IMG/VR virus record: IMGVR_UViG_3300046787_000138
Span: 158-64,157 of that record
Length of the DNA stretch: 64,000 bases
Origin: a virus
Lineage: Duplodnaviria > Caudoviricetes
Direction: 5' to 3' (one strand)
In this document: positions 27,491 to 37,619 of the stretch, piece by piece
Layout of the letters: every line of letters begins with the position of its first letter
Numbering within the stretch: the first letter of the stretch is position 1
Notes under the pieces: generated by a model
Told to the model about the DNA's origin: nothing
Database searches by the model: none
Seen by the model: the letters and a program-made list of their open reading frames with translations, nothing else
Made by a program: the position numbers and the translations under genes

Positions 27491-28899
27491 GCTTAAAGCA
27501 CGCTGCAAATCATTTAGCCGCCCACGGTCGCGGCCCAGACACCGAACTCATCCACATGACGAAGGGTGAGATCAACAGCTTACAGCAACTCGCTATGGCG
27601 GGCGGTGGCTCTTTGACGATTAACCCCCATACAGGTCTTCCCGAAGCGGGGTTCTTGTCAAAAATGCTCCCCATGGTTGCAGGTGCGGCGGCTATGTATT
27701 TCACTGGTGGCGCAGCTGCCCCTTTGATCGGCGGTTTAAGTAACGCAGCGACCATTGGTCTAGGTATGGGTGCATTAGAAACCGCTCGTACCGGCAGTCT
27801 CCAAAAAGGTCTTATGGCTGGTATGGGCGCTTATGGTGGCGCTGGTTTGGCCGGTGGTTTGATGGGTGCTGGTGCATCTGCTATGAACACAACAGCTGCA
27901 AACGCAACTCAGGCGGCAAACCCACAACTTATGGCTAGTGAAGTTGGGCGTGAAATGGGGCAGGCAGGTTTTGTACAGCCTGAAATCGCCGCAAACATGA
28001 ACCCAGCAACTGCAACTGCCGCGGATAAGATTGGATTAGGCGCGTCTAACTTGGGGACAGCAGCAGGGCGAAACACCTTCATGACCCAAATGGGTGGCGG
28101 TTCCGGCTTACTTAAAACCGGTCTAGCCGCAGCCGCCCCAATGATTGGTAGTATGTTGCAGCCTAAAACTGAGCAGCCGCAAGTCGCAACGGGCGACGCA
28201 ACGATGCCGCAACGGTTGCAGTACAACTCCGGCGCTACAACAACCCCGTTCCCCCAACCTGACGTCCCAGAATACGGTCAACTTGGCCAAGACTTTGGTA
28301 AGCAGCGGAACTACTTCCCATCCGCTGGGTATCAGAATATAACTGACGAGAAGGCTAAGGAGCTGCGTGGTTACGCCGTTGGTGGCCTCATGCCAACACA
28401 AGGCGGTGGCCCAGTGGAGGCTATGTCGAACGCAAATGCGATTGGCGCAAATACTGGCTTCCCGATGGCTGACATCAACAAAGGTGCATACGCTACTCCT
28501 TGGCAAACTCCCGTAGCTCAAAACGTAGTGCAAGGTGTCGCCGACTCCGGTGTGAACAGCATGACTGGCGAGCAGAATGAGTTTGCTCGTGGTGGTTTGT
28601 CGTCCGCAGCTTCTCATCTCGGTGACTACTCTGATGGTGGTCGACTGCTCAAGGGCCCCGGCGATGGCGTCTCTGATTCCATCCCTGCTGTGATTGGCAA
28701 CAAGCGTCCCGCTCGACTCGCCGACGGTGAATTCGTGGTTCCGGCCCGCATCGTTTCTGAGCTGGGCAATGGCTCTACTGAAGCAGGTGCACGCAAGTTG
28801 TACGCTATGCTGGACCGAGTCCAAGCCGCGCGCAAGAAGTCCATCGGCAAAGGCAAAGTGGCTAAGAACAGCCGCGCCGACAAACTCCTGCCCGCGTAA
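27487..28899 (+). CDS. Putative internal virion (ejection) protein
   Basis: GRGPDTELIH, INPHTGLPE, GPGDGVSDSIPA...LADGEFVV; Gly/Ala-rich. Confidence 0.7.
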   Translation: MSLKHAANHLAAHGRGPDTELIHMTKGEINSLQQLAMAGGGSLTINPHTGLPEAGFLSKMLPMVAGAAAMYFTGGAAAPLIGGLSNAATIGLGMGALETARTGSLQKGLMAGMGAYGGAGLAGGLMGAGASAMNTTAANATQAANPQLMASEVGREMGQAGFVQPEIAANMNPATATAADKIGLGASNLGTAAGRNTFMTQMGGGSGLLKTGLAAAAPMIGSMLQPKTEQPQVATGDATMPQRLQYNSGATTTPFPQPDVPEYGQLGQDFGKQRNYFPSAGYQNITDEKAKELRGYAVGGLMPTQGGGPVEAMSNANAIGANTGFPMADINKGAYATPWQTPVAQNVVQGVADSGVNSMTGEQNEFARGGLSSAASHLGDYSDGGRLLKGPGDGVSDSIPAVIGNKRPARLADGEFVVPARIVSELGNGSTEAGARKLYAMLDRVQAARKKSIGKGKVAKNSRADKLLPA

Positions 28900-29306
28900 T
28901 GCCTCTGTTCCATATTCAACCCCGAGAACTACCACAGGTGTGGCCTATTGCTGCGCCTATGCTCCAAAAAGCCATCGACATTGACCCTAATGCGGTGACA
29001 ATCGAGCAAGTTGAATACTCTGTCCGAACAGGTGCTGTGCATCTGCTCGTATGGGAAGAGCCCGGTGAAGGGCTTACTGGCGCTGTAACTGTTGAGTTCA
29101 TTGACTACCCTAGGGCGCGAGTCGCGCACGTAAACCTGATGGGTGGTAAAGGCATCGTGAAGAAGCATGTGTTTGAAGAAGCACAAAATTGGATGCGTCT
29201 GCACGGGGCCACAAAAGCACAATGTTGGTGTCAGGACAATCTGGTGCCAATGTATGAAAAAATGGGAATGACCAACACCCACAAGGTGATGAGGATTGAG
29301 CTATGA
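28899..29306 (+). CDS. GNAT-like protein among ejection genes
   Basis: 135 aa; AHVNLMGGKG...YEKMG pattern; position like T7 gp13. Confidence 0.5.
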   Translation: MPLFHIQPRELPQVWPIAAPMLQKAIDIDPNAVTIEQVEYSVRTGAVHLLVWEEPGEGLTGAVTVEFIDYPRARVAHVNLMGGKGIVKKHVFEEAQNWMRLHGATKAQCWCQDNLVPMYEKMGMTNTHKVMRIEL

Positions 29307-31546
29307 ATATCTTAGATTTGAAACGCAAATTGCTCCCTATGAGCGGCCCTCAAATGGACGGCGGTGGCGGCGGTGGTGGTGGTTCTTCTACCGGCACTCA
29401 AACTCAGATTTCTGAGCTCCCAGAATGGGCGCGTGGTTACGCCAAGAGTGCTTTAGAGAAGGGCGCGGCTCTTTCCGAGACTCCGTTCCAAGCCTACGGC
29501 GGTAACCGAATCGCTGGCTTTAGCCCGTTGCAAGAACAGTCCCAACAAGCCGCTGCGAACATGCAGACAAACGCCGGTACTGGCGCGGGCATCTCTGGCG
29601 CTCAAGACGTAATGGGCAAAGCTCTTAATACAAACTACGACGCGGGCAAGTTCACCGCTGGTCAGTTTGGTAACGATGCTGCCCAGCAGTACATGAATCC
29701 CTACATGCAGAATGTGGTGGACATCCAAAAGCGCGAAGCCAATAAGCAAGCAGCTATCCAAGGGCAACAACAACAAGCCGCCGGTGTTGGTCGCGGTGCG
29801 TTCGGCGGTAGCCGCGATGCAATGATGCGTTCGGAAGCAAACCGCAACCTGAACCAACAATTGAACGATATTCAGGCAGTCGGCTCTAGCAATGCTTACA
29901 CCAACGCGCAGCAACAATTTAACGCCGACCAAGCTCGCAACATGCAGGCTCAACAGCTCGGGGAACAGTCACGTCAATACGGCGCTGGTCTGGGTATGCA
30001 GGGACTGCAAACAGCTCTGCAAGGTGCCAACACTATGGGTACATTGGGTAGCCAGCAGTTCCAGCAAGGCATGGACATCAACAAGCTGCAAAACGCTTAC
30101 GGTGGCCAGCAACAAGCCCTGCGCCAACAAGGTCTGTCTCAAGCATACCAAGACTTCCAAGACCAGAAGAACTACCCATACAAACAGTTGGGCTTCTTCT
30201 CCGACATGATTCGTGGTCTACCACTGGGCCAAGTCACATCCAAAACTATGTACGAGCCTGCACCGGGTATGGCGCAGCAGGTGGCCTCGCTTGGTACGGG
30301 TGCTTATGGTTTGAGCAAGTTCATGGCCGAGGGTGGTATGGCTTACGCCGACGGCGGTTCTGTGGACAGCGCGGACAACGTGTCTCGCATCGTTAGCAAA
30401 CTGTCGGACCAACAACTCCAGCAAGCCGCGCAAGCTGCTCAAGCCCGTGGCGACATGGACCAACTCGAAGCAATCCAAAGCGAAATGGGTATGCGCGCAT
30501 CTGAGCGTAATGGCTTGGCCAGTGCAGTGACCCCACAGATGGCCGACCAGATGGCTGGTGGTGGCGTGGTTGCGTTTGCTGACGGTGGGTATAACGACGC
30601 GCTTACCCGCGCCCGTGGCCTCGCTGAAACAGACTTGGCAGAAACTCCCGGACAGCGTATGGCGGGAATTAAGTCCGCACTGCCTGATATTCAAGCAATG
30701 TACGGCCCGAGCGCGACTGCTCCCTACATGGAAGACATCAAAAAAGAACGCGCTGGTCTGGGTAAGATGGCAGATCAAGGCGAAGGCCTTGCGTGGTTAG
30801 CCGCATCTAAGGCTATCCTGCGCCCCGGTAATAAGGCTCGTGCTGTGTCCGAAGCCATGGGTGCGTTTGGTACTGAGATCGTGAAAATGAAGAAAGACCA
30901 GCGCGACGCGGACCGCCAACTGCGCCAAGCTGAACTCACTTTGGCTACCGCAGAACAAGCACGTGCTGATGGTCAAATCGGTAAGGCAGAAAGCCTGTAC
31001 GACAAGTCGCAAGCGCAGAAAAAAGAAGGTATCGACCGTCAACTCAGCGTTGCCGAGAAAGAAGCGCAAATCCAAGCCGGTATCAAGCAGGCGCAGATTC
31101 AAGCATCCGCCACTCTGGGCAAAGCCACTGATTTGGACAAGCTCACCAAGGCTAACTTTGAGGCTATGCTTGAAGCGGGGGAGCCAAACAGCGCAGCCAC
31201 CCGCGCAAAGGCGGCGAAGGAAGCAGCCGACCAGCTCGGTAAGTACCCCGGCTCTGCTCGTGCAGAAGCAGCTACTACTAAAGCCATTGCTCCAGAAGTT
31301 GAGAACGCACTGCTGCAAAACAAGGCATACCGGAAGGCTATGAGTACGGGGAATTACGAAGAAGCGGCGGCTATCCGTGCAAAAGTCGTCAACTCTATCA
31401 AGCCTGCCGAAAGCAAGGGCGATTCAACTCCCGCACCACAGCAATCCGCAGCTCCAATCAAGGTTACAACCGAAGCGCAATTTGCTAAACTGCGACCCGG
31501 GACTACATTCATCGCTCCAGATGGGTCGACCCGAATCAAACAGTAA
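29303..31546 (+). CDS. Putative internal virion (DNA pilot/ejection) protein
   Basis: Q/A/G-rich, YMNPY, GAFGGSR motifs; AxGG motifs. Confidence 0.7.
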   Translation: MNILDLKRKLLPMSGPQMDGGGGGGGGSSTGTQTQISELPEWARGYAKSALEKGAALSETPFQAYGGNRIAGFSPLQEQSQQAAANMQTNAGTGAGISGAQDVMGKALNTNYDAGKFTAGQFGNDAAQQYMNPYMQNVVDIQKREANKQAAIQGQQQQAAGVGRGAFGGSRDAMMRSEANRNLNQQLNDIQAVGSSNAYTNAQQQFNADQARNMQAQQLGEQSRQYGAGLGMQGLQTALQGANTMGTLGSQQFQQGMDINKLQNAYGGQQQALRQQGLSQAYQDFQDQKNYPYKQLGFFSDMIRGLPLGQVTSKTMYEPAPGMAQQVASLGTGAYGLSKFMAEGGMAYADGGSVDSADNVSRIVSKLSDQQLQQAAQAAQARGDMDQLEAIQSEMGMRASERNGLASAVTPQMADQMAGGGVVAFADGGYNDALTRARGLAETDLAETPGQRMAGIKSALPDIQAMYGPSATAPYMEDIKKERAGLGKMADQGEGLAWLAASKAILRPGNKARAVSEAMGAFGTEIVKMKKDQRDADRQLRQAELTLATAEQARADGQIGKAESLYDKSQAQKKEGIDRQLSVAEKEAQIQAGIKQAQIQASATLGKATDLDKLTKANFEAMLEAGEPNSAATRAKAAKEAADQLGKYPGSARAEAATTKAIAPEVENALLQNKAYRKAMSTGNYEEAAAIRAKVVNSIKPAESKGDSTPAPQQSAAPIKVTTEAQFAKLRPGTTFIAPDGSTRIKQ

Positions 31547-31554
31547 GGCATGTC

Positions 31555-34500
31555 ATGGCAAAAAATTGGTGGGACGAAGCGCCGCTAGCTGAAGAGAAAT
31601 CCGCAGAGTGGTGGCAAGCTGCCCCACTTGCCAAGGAAGAAGCAAAAGCAGGGGAGTGGTGGCAAGCTGCTCCCGTGGTTAAGGCCGAGCCAAAGCCCGA
31701 GGACCAATCGTTCCTGCGCAGTGTTGCCGACGTCCCTCTGAAAGCCGCTTCTGGCTTGGCTACTGGCGTGCGCTTGGTTGCTGACGCCTTCGGTGCGGGC
31801 AGTGGCGTATCCAACACCATCAAGGGTGTGGAAGATTACATCGGCGATCTGTACAGCGCGCAGTCAAAGAAGGACTCGGCTGAGATTTCTCGCATCATGA
31901 AGGACGCTGAGGACAAGGGTGTTGGCGATCAAGTTAAAGCCGCGATTAAAGCCTTCACCGTTGCCCCTATCGACACAGTCGTAAACGCATTGGGCACTTC
32001 CGCTCCTGCTATCGTGGCGGGTTTGGGCGCGTCTGTTCTTGGTGCTGGTGCTTTGGCTACTACCGCCGTCGGCGCTGGCGTTGGCGCAACCATGGGTGCC
32101 GGTACTATTAAGGGCTCCATCTATGACGCGGTCAAGGAAGAACTCGGCAAGACCGAGATGCCCGAAGACCAAATCGAGGCCCGCGCACAGCTGGCTCAAA
32201 ACTACAACGGTAAGAACCTAGATCAAATTCTGATGGGTTCTGCCCTCGGCGCTATCGGTGCGACTACAGGTTTCGAGCCAGCGGTTGCTCGTCAGGTGGC
32301 TAAACAAATCGCCACGGGTAGCGTTAAGAAACAAGCGGTTACTACAGCTGCTAAGGAATTTGCAGGCGAAGCGGCGGAGGGTGGTCAAGAACAACTGGCC
32401 CAGAACATTGCTCTTCAGCGTGAAGGATACGACGTACCCACCATGCGCGGTGTCGTTGGCCAAGCTACTTTGGAAGGTCTGGCTGGTGCTGGCCTCGGTG
32501 CAACGTCCGGTGTGCGTGAAGGTTTGGAAGCTCGACGCATCGCCGCCGAGAAAGATATGCCAGTTCCCGCAACTGCGGAACAACCTGCGCCCACCCCTGA
32601 AACCGCTCCAGTCGAAGAACGAGTCACCGCACGCGCACAAGAGCTCCAGTCTCAGGGTATGCAGGCTGATGACGCCATCAAGGTGGCCACACGCAATATC
32701 GCCGACGAGGATGCGAAAGCCCGTGCACCAGAAGCAGAGGCTGCGATTGCCGACGTAGCTCCTAACCCCGAGCGCGTCGCTGAACTTATCCCAACCCTAC
32801 AACAAGAGTTTGGTATGTCCCTAGCCGAGGCTGAGGGTACGGCTATTGATCTCGCTACAGAGGAAGCAAAAGAAGATGCGCTTACCCAAAGAGATGCAGC
32901 AGGAGAAACAAATGTTGGACAACCTATCGCCGAAGCAGGTGGAGTCAGCCCTGAGTTGGCTGGACAGCCCGATCAAATCGAGCCCGCCGGAGGAGCTGGA
33001 GAACTTGCAACCGATGGAGTGGTTCCTGCTGGAGAGGATGTTGTACCTACTGTTGCAGGAGAAGCAGTCGAGCCGAGTGCACTGAAGACGGATGAGCAAT
33101 TACTTGCTGAAGCGGATGCGGAAGATCGTCGATATGCAGAGCATGATGCCAAAGTTGCTGAAGCCCGTAGTGTTGCCAGAAATAACTTTGACTCCGCGTT
33201 AGACCAAGTAAATAGTGCTGAATACAATGGCGACATTGATGCGGCATTTGATTCTTATAGCCAGAACACATCGGATACTTTGGCTGAGCAAGGTAATAGA
33301 GATTACATCCTTACCGGTGCTCGTGAGTTTGACAAGTTAGTAGCAGAATACAAAGCAAAACAAGGAGCCCAAGTTGGCACTGAAACCACTGAAGCCGTCC
33401 AAGCAGAAACGCAAGGACAAGAACCAGCCCCTACCGCTGAAGTAACCGCGCCCGTTGTGGCCCCCACAAAGGCTAGCAAAAAAGCGCAGGACAAGGCCAA
33501 CCTCAAGGCAGTTGAAGAGCTTGAGACCAAGTTTGCTGAAATCAGCCGCCCGCTTACGAGCGAAGAAGTTGAGTCCATGCAGCAGGCTAGGGAGAGCGAT
33601 CTCATCCAAGACCCAGCGTACAAAGTTGACTACCTGCGCGACCGCCGCATGGCCAAGATTCAGGCAATCAACGACATTCTCGATATGCGCGAGAAGATGA
33701 AGACGGCTAGCCCCGAGGTAAAGGCGCGTCTGAACGACTTGATTAACAGCCCCTCTATCTCCAAACAAGAGTACGACGACGTCGTTAAGGGGCGCGCATA
33801 TCGCGCCAAGTACAGCGCCCAGCTCAAGGCTGCGGAAGCGCCAGCCGACACTAAATTTAACAACGCCACCAACGGCGCGCAAGCGCTGGCCATCGTCATC
33901 AAGACAGGCAACGGCTTCCAGAAGATGCTCGCTAAGCGCATCCTCCCATTCGTGCGTAACGTCAAGTTCGTGGTTGTGGAAAAGGGCAACGAGCCCGACG
34001 CGCTGAAGACTGAGAAGGGCGAGAAATTCTGGAAAAACGCCAGCGGTCTGTTTGTGCAGAACGATGCAACAGGCGAGCGCACCGTCTATGTGGCGGGGGA
34101 CAGCTACGGCGAACTCCAAGGCATCAACAACATCACCGTGCTGCACGAGCTGCTGCACGCCGCAACGAACCAAAAACTGTACCTTGGCCTCAAGGCGATC
34201 GAGAACGGATTCTCTTCCGACGCTGCTCTTACTAAAGCAGTCCGAGACTTGCAAGACGTCATGCACCGCGTGCAGGACTACATCATAGAAAATAAGGGCC
34301 AACTGCCCCCAGCGATTGTCGCCATCATTAAGAACACCAACGGCATGGCGATCACCGACGTGCGCGAGTTCTTGGCCTACGGCATGTCCGACCCAGACTT
34401 CCAAGAGTTCATGATGCAGGTGCAGGGTGTTGAGGAAGACGTATCGTTCTTCTCCCGCTTTGTTGCCGCCATCCGTGAGTTCTTCAAAATGGGTGAGGAC

Positions 34501-37500
34501 ACTACCAACGCCTTGACCGACTTGATCGTATCGACTGACCGTTTGCTGTCGGCCCAAAAAACTTCGGATATGCGCTTGCTGGAAAAAGGCGATCAAGCCT
34601 TGGCTCAACGCGGTGGGTCTGAACTCAAGATGTCGCAGCAGACGATCACTAAGTCCACACAGAAGCAGGTTGATAAGCTTACAAAGTCTTCGTTCGCCGA
34701 CAACCTCCGTGACGGCTTCCCCGCACTGACAGCCCTGCGCGGCAAGACTCCGCTGGTTGATGAGCTCGACTTACGCACCAAGGACTTTAAAGTTAAGGCG
34801 TTGACACAGCTCCTGCCTAGCTTGCAGACTGAGACTCTGGTTCAATGGGCTAGTCGTGTTGACACAGGTGGTGGCCAACGTGGTATCCCCGGCATCGCCG
34901 AGTCTTGGCAGGCTACAGGTGATATGGTTGCTATGCGCACCAAGCTCACGAACGCCATGGGTAAGATCAACGACAAGCTATCTGAGATAGCATCCAAAGC
35001 GCCCGAGCAGTACAAGAAACTCGCCGACGTGATGCACTTGTCTACACTGCTCTCCAAAGACCCGGCGACGAATAAAACCAACCCTGCGCTTAACCGCATG
35101 TGGGGCGAGCTCAAGCCTGAGAATCAGAAGTTGTACGAAGAGATGCGTGACTTCTACAAGAACAACCACGAGCTGTATCACGCTTTGCTGGACGAGCAGT
35201 TGCAAGCGTCTACCTTGCCGCAAGAAGCCAAGAGCAAACTCATTGCGTCCATCAAGAAGATGTACGAGGACGGCAAGAAGCTGTATCCCTACTTCCCACT
35301 GATGCGCTATGGTCAGTTCTGGGTGCGCATCGGCAAAGGTAAAGATGGCGAGTTCCACATGTTTGAGAGCTCTCTCGACCGTGATCGCTTTGTAATGGAG
35401 CGCCTGCGCCAAATGAACGCCGACGGCGGCAATCGCACCAAATCAGAAATGATGCAGTCTTTGGAGTTGGATGAGGGTAATGACCTGACCAGCGCACGCC
35501 GTAATGACGAGAGCGCCAGCGACATGCTGAAGCAAATCTTCAACACCATTGATGCCTCAAGCACTGACGGTGAGCTCAAGTCTGAAGCACTCAAAGACGA
35601 GATTTACCAGCTCTACTTGCAGACTTTGCCCGACCGCAACTTCCGCCGTCAGTATTTGAAGCGCCAAGGTAAGGCTGGTTTCTCTGGTGACATTCAGCGC
35701 AACTTCATCAACACCGGTACCAACACATCGAACCAACTGGCTCGTATTAAGTACGGCCCCACCATCATGGGGCAGCTTGAGCGTGCGGAAAGCTCGCTGG
35801 TGGGTAACCCCGACAAAGCGCGCCTCGGTGAGTTTGTCTCTGAGATGCGTATTCGTGCAGAGATGCAAGTTCGCCCAGACCCTGAGAATGGCGTCGGCTA
35901 TGACTTGGCCAAGCTAGCAAACACTTCGGCGTTCCTGTGGATGATGACCTCGGTGAAGACCATGGCCACCCAGTTTACGTCTATTCCTATCTTCGTAGCT
36001 CCTGTGTTGGCGTCAAAGCACGGCACGGCTAAGACCGCTGCGGCCTTGGGTAAAGCACTGAACGTGTTCAACGGCATCGGCATCGTGGGTAAGGATGGTA
36101 AGTACGCTCCACCAAGCATGGAGAACTTAAAAGGTTTGACTGTCGACGAGAAAGCCGCCATGCAGTACATGGTGGACCGGGGCTTGAGCGATAACACAAT
36201 GGCGTTTGAGCTGGGCAATCGGCGCGATATGTCTACTGCGGCGTACAACAACCCCGTGCGTGCGGGTATGCGTCAAATCTCAAACGCTATGACAGCTATG
36301 TTCCACCACGCGGAACGCTTGATTCGTGAAGTGACGTTTATTACTTCCTACCGTTTGAACCGAGATGCTGGCAAAACCCATGAGCAAGCACTGCGCTTGG
36401 CCGAGGCCGAGTCGCATGAGGCACTGAACAACTACCATGGCTCTAACCGCCCACGCGGTGTCTTGGCCAACAAACAACGCGAAGTCCGACTCGACGCGCA
36501 CAAGCCGCTTGGCCGTGCCGTGCTCCAGTTCAAGATGTACCCAGCGTTTGTGACCACTTACTTTGTGCGAAACTTCTATCGCATGACGCGTGACATGGAC
36601 CCTCAAGTTCGCAAAGAAGCGCGTGTTCAATTCCTCGGCTCGTTGATGATGTCATTCAGCTTGGCTGGCTACGTCGGTATCCCCGGTGTCAGCTTTGCTA
36701 TGGGCATTATCCAAGGTCTGTTGAACGGCCTGCGCGGAGAAGATGACGATGATGAGTTGGAAGGCCGCAACCTTGAGTTTTGGATTCGCAACAAGTGGAT
36801 GCCTGAGACCTTCGGCAACATCAAGATCGGCGGCAAAGGGCTCGACGAGATTCTCGATCGCGGTGTAGTTACCGCGCTAACCGGCTACGACATCACAAGT
36901 AGCTTGTCGATGAACAACATGTGGCTTCCTGAGCAGAAGGAACAGGCTACCGCCGTCGGCGAAATGCAGAGCTTCTTGTTGTCGTTGGCTGGTCCCGGCG
37001 CATCGCTTGCTACTACGCAAATCCCCAAAGCGATCGACTACTTTAACCAAGGCAAGGTACTGCAAGGTATGGAGCAGCTGTCCCCAGCGTTGTTCCGTGG
37101 CGGCTTGACTGCGGCTCGCTACGGCCAAGAAGGTGCGACCACTACATCTGGCGCAGTGATTAAGGAGCCCGAAGAGTTCACCAAAGGGCAGTTGTTGGCG
37201 CAAAGCGCTGGCTTCGTCACCGAGGGGCTTCAAGCCAAACGGGAAGCTATCTTTGTGCTGCAAGGTGAGATCATGAAGGTCAAACAAGAGCGCACTAAGC
37301 TGCTCGACCGCCTCGACTTGGAAATTACCAAAGGCTCTGATGACGACGTAGAGAAGGCGTTCGACAAGGTGTTCAAGTTCAACTCGCGCAATCCAATGGA
37401 TGCAATCGACAGCGACAATATCAAGCAATCATTGAAGAAGCAGATGGAACGCCGCATGATGTCTGACCGTGGGTTCCCAATCGACAAGAAGTACTACCCG

Positions 37501-37560
37501 TTCGTCGCCGACCTGCTCGACCCAAGCAGTGCGAAACTCGATCGAGAAGCTGCGAAATAA
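31555..37560 (+). CDS. Large (2001 aa) internal virion/polyvalent protein with zincin-like HExxH domain
   Basis: Last late gene; VLHELLH...EFLAYGM; YFPLMRYG; helical C-terminus. Confidence 0.8.
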   Translation: MAKNWWDEAPLAEEKSAEWWQAAPLAKEEAKAGEWWQAAPVVKAEPKPEDQSFLRSVADVPLKAASGLATGVRLVADAFGAGSGVSNTIKGVEDYIGDLYSAQSKKDSAEISRIMKDAEDKGVGDQVKAAIKAFTVAPIDTVVNALGTSAPAIVAGLGASVLGAGALATTAVGAGVGATMGAGTIKGSIYDAVKEELGKTEMPEDQIEARAQLAQNYNGKNLDQILMGSALGAIGATTGFEPAVARQVAKQIATGSVKKQAVTTAAKEFAGEAAEGGQEQLAQNIALQREGYDVPTMRGVVGQATLEGLAGAGLGATSGVREGLEARRIAAEKDMPVPATAEQPAPTPETAPVEERVTARAQELQSQGMQADDAIKVATRNIADEDAKARAPEAEAAIADVAPNPERVAELIPTLQQEFGMSLAEAEGTAIDLATEEAKEDALTQRDAAGETNVGQPIAEAGGVSPELAGQPDQIEPAGGAGELATDGVVPAGEDVVPTVAGEAVEPSALKTDEQLLAEADAEDRRYAEHDAKVAEARSVARNNFDSALDQVNSAEYNGDIDAAFDSYSQNTSDTLAEQGNRDYILTGAREFDKLVAEYKAKQGAQVGTETTEAVQAETQGQEPAPTAEVTAPVVAPTKASKKAQDKANLKAVEELETKFAEISRPLTSEEVESMQQARESDLIQDPAYKVDYLRDRRMAKIQAINDILDMREKMKTASPEVKARLNDLINSPSISKQEYDDVVKGRAYRAKYSAQLKAAEAPADTKFNNATNGAQALAIVIKTGNGFQKMLAKRILPFVRNVKFVVVEKGNEPDALKTEKGEKFWKNASGLFVQNDATGERTVYVAGDSYGELQGINNITVLHELLHAATNQKLYLGLKAIENGFSSDAALTKAVRDLQDVMHRVQDYIIENKGQLPPAIVAIIKNTNGMAITDVREFLAYGMSDPDFQEFMMQVQGVEEDVSFFSRFVAAIREFFKMGEDTTNALTDLIVSTDRLLSAQKTSDMRLLEKGDQALAQRGGSELKMSQQTITKSTQKQVDKLTKSSFADNLRDGFPALTALRGKTPLVDELDLRTKDFKVKALTQLLPSLQTETLVQWASRVDTGGGQRGIPGIAESWQATGDMVAMRTKLTNAMGKINDKLSEIASKAPEQYKKLADVMHLSTLLSKDPATNKTNPALNRMWGELKPENQKLYEEMRDFYKNNHELYHALLDEQLQASTLPQEAKSKLIASIKKMYEDGKKLYPYFPLMRYGQFWVRIGKGKDGEFHMFESSLDRDRFVMERLRQMNADGGNRTKSEMMQSLELDEGNDLTSARRNDESASDMLKQIFNTIDASSTDGELKSEALKDEIYQLYLQTLPDRNFRRQYLKRQGKAGFSGDIQRNFINTGTNTSNQLARIKYGPTIMGQLERAESSLVGNPDKARLGEFVSEMRIRAEMQVRPDPENGVGYDLAKLANTSAFLWMMTSVKTMATQFTSIPIFVAPVLASKHGTAKTAAALGKALNVFNGIGIVGKDGKYAPPSMENLKGLTVDEKAAMQYMVDRGLSDNTMAFELGNRRDMSTAAYNNPVRAGMRQISNAMTAMFHHAERLIREVTFITSYRLNRDAGKTHEQALRLAEAESHEALNNYHGSNRPRGVLANKQREVRLDAHKPLGRAVLQFKMYPAFVTTYFVRNFYRMTRDMDPQVRKEARVQFLGSLMMSFSLAGYVGIPGVSFAMGIIQGLLNGLRGEDDDDELEGRNLEFWIRNKWMPETFGNIKIGGKGLDEILDRGVVTALTGYDITSSLSMNNMWLPEQKEQATAVGEMQSFLLSLAGPGASLATTQIPKAIDYFNQGKVLQGMEQLSPALFRGGLTAARYGQEGATTTSGAVIKEPEEFTKGQLLAQSAGFVTEGLQAKREAIFVLQGEIMKVKQERTKLLDRLDLEITKGSDDDVEKAFDKVFKFNSRNPMDAIDSDNIKQSLKKQMERRMMSDRGFPIDKKYYPFVADLLDPSSAKLDREAAK
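32912..33085 (+). CDS. Putative overprinted small protein (+1 frame inside large virion protein)
   Basis: AGGAG at 32901-32905, ATG 32912; host-frame codon usage shifts to many GGA codons here. Confidence 0.5.
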   Translation: MLDNLSPKQVESALSWLDSPIKSSPPEELENLQPMEWFLLERMLYLLLQEKQSSRVH

Positions 37561-37584
37561 AAAAGCCCCGCACTAGGCGGGGCT
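37559..37584 (-). terminator. Terminator at convergence of the two genome arms
   Basis: AAAAAA-GCCCCGC-loop-GCGGGGC. Confidence 0.75.
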
Positions 37585-37599
37585 AACAGAGTGATGGCA

Positions 37600-37614
37600 A
37601 CTAACATTGTTAGT
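37600..37614. repeat. Isolated palindrome copy ACTAACATTGTTAGT
   Basis: Direct reading. Confidence 0.95.
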
Positions 37615-37619
37615 CTACG

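Noticed and set aside
33337-34608. 423-aa antisense ORF (and similar ones at 4492-5406, 41115-41993, 42786-43733)
   Set aside because: They mirror real genes with strong codon bias on the opposite strand, and have no evident RBS or recognisable motifs.
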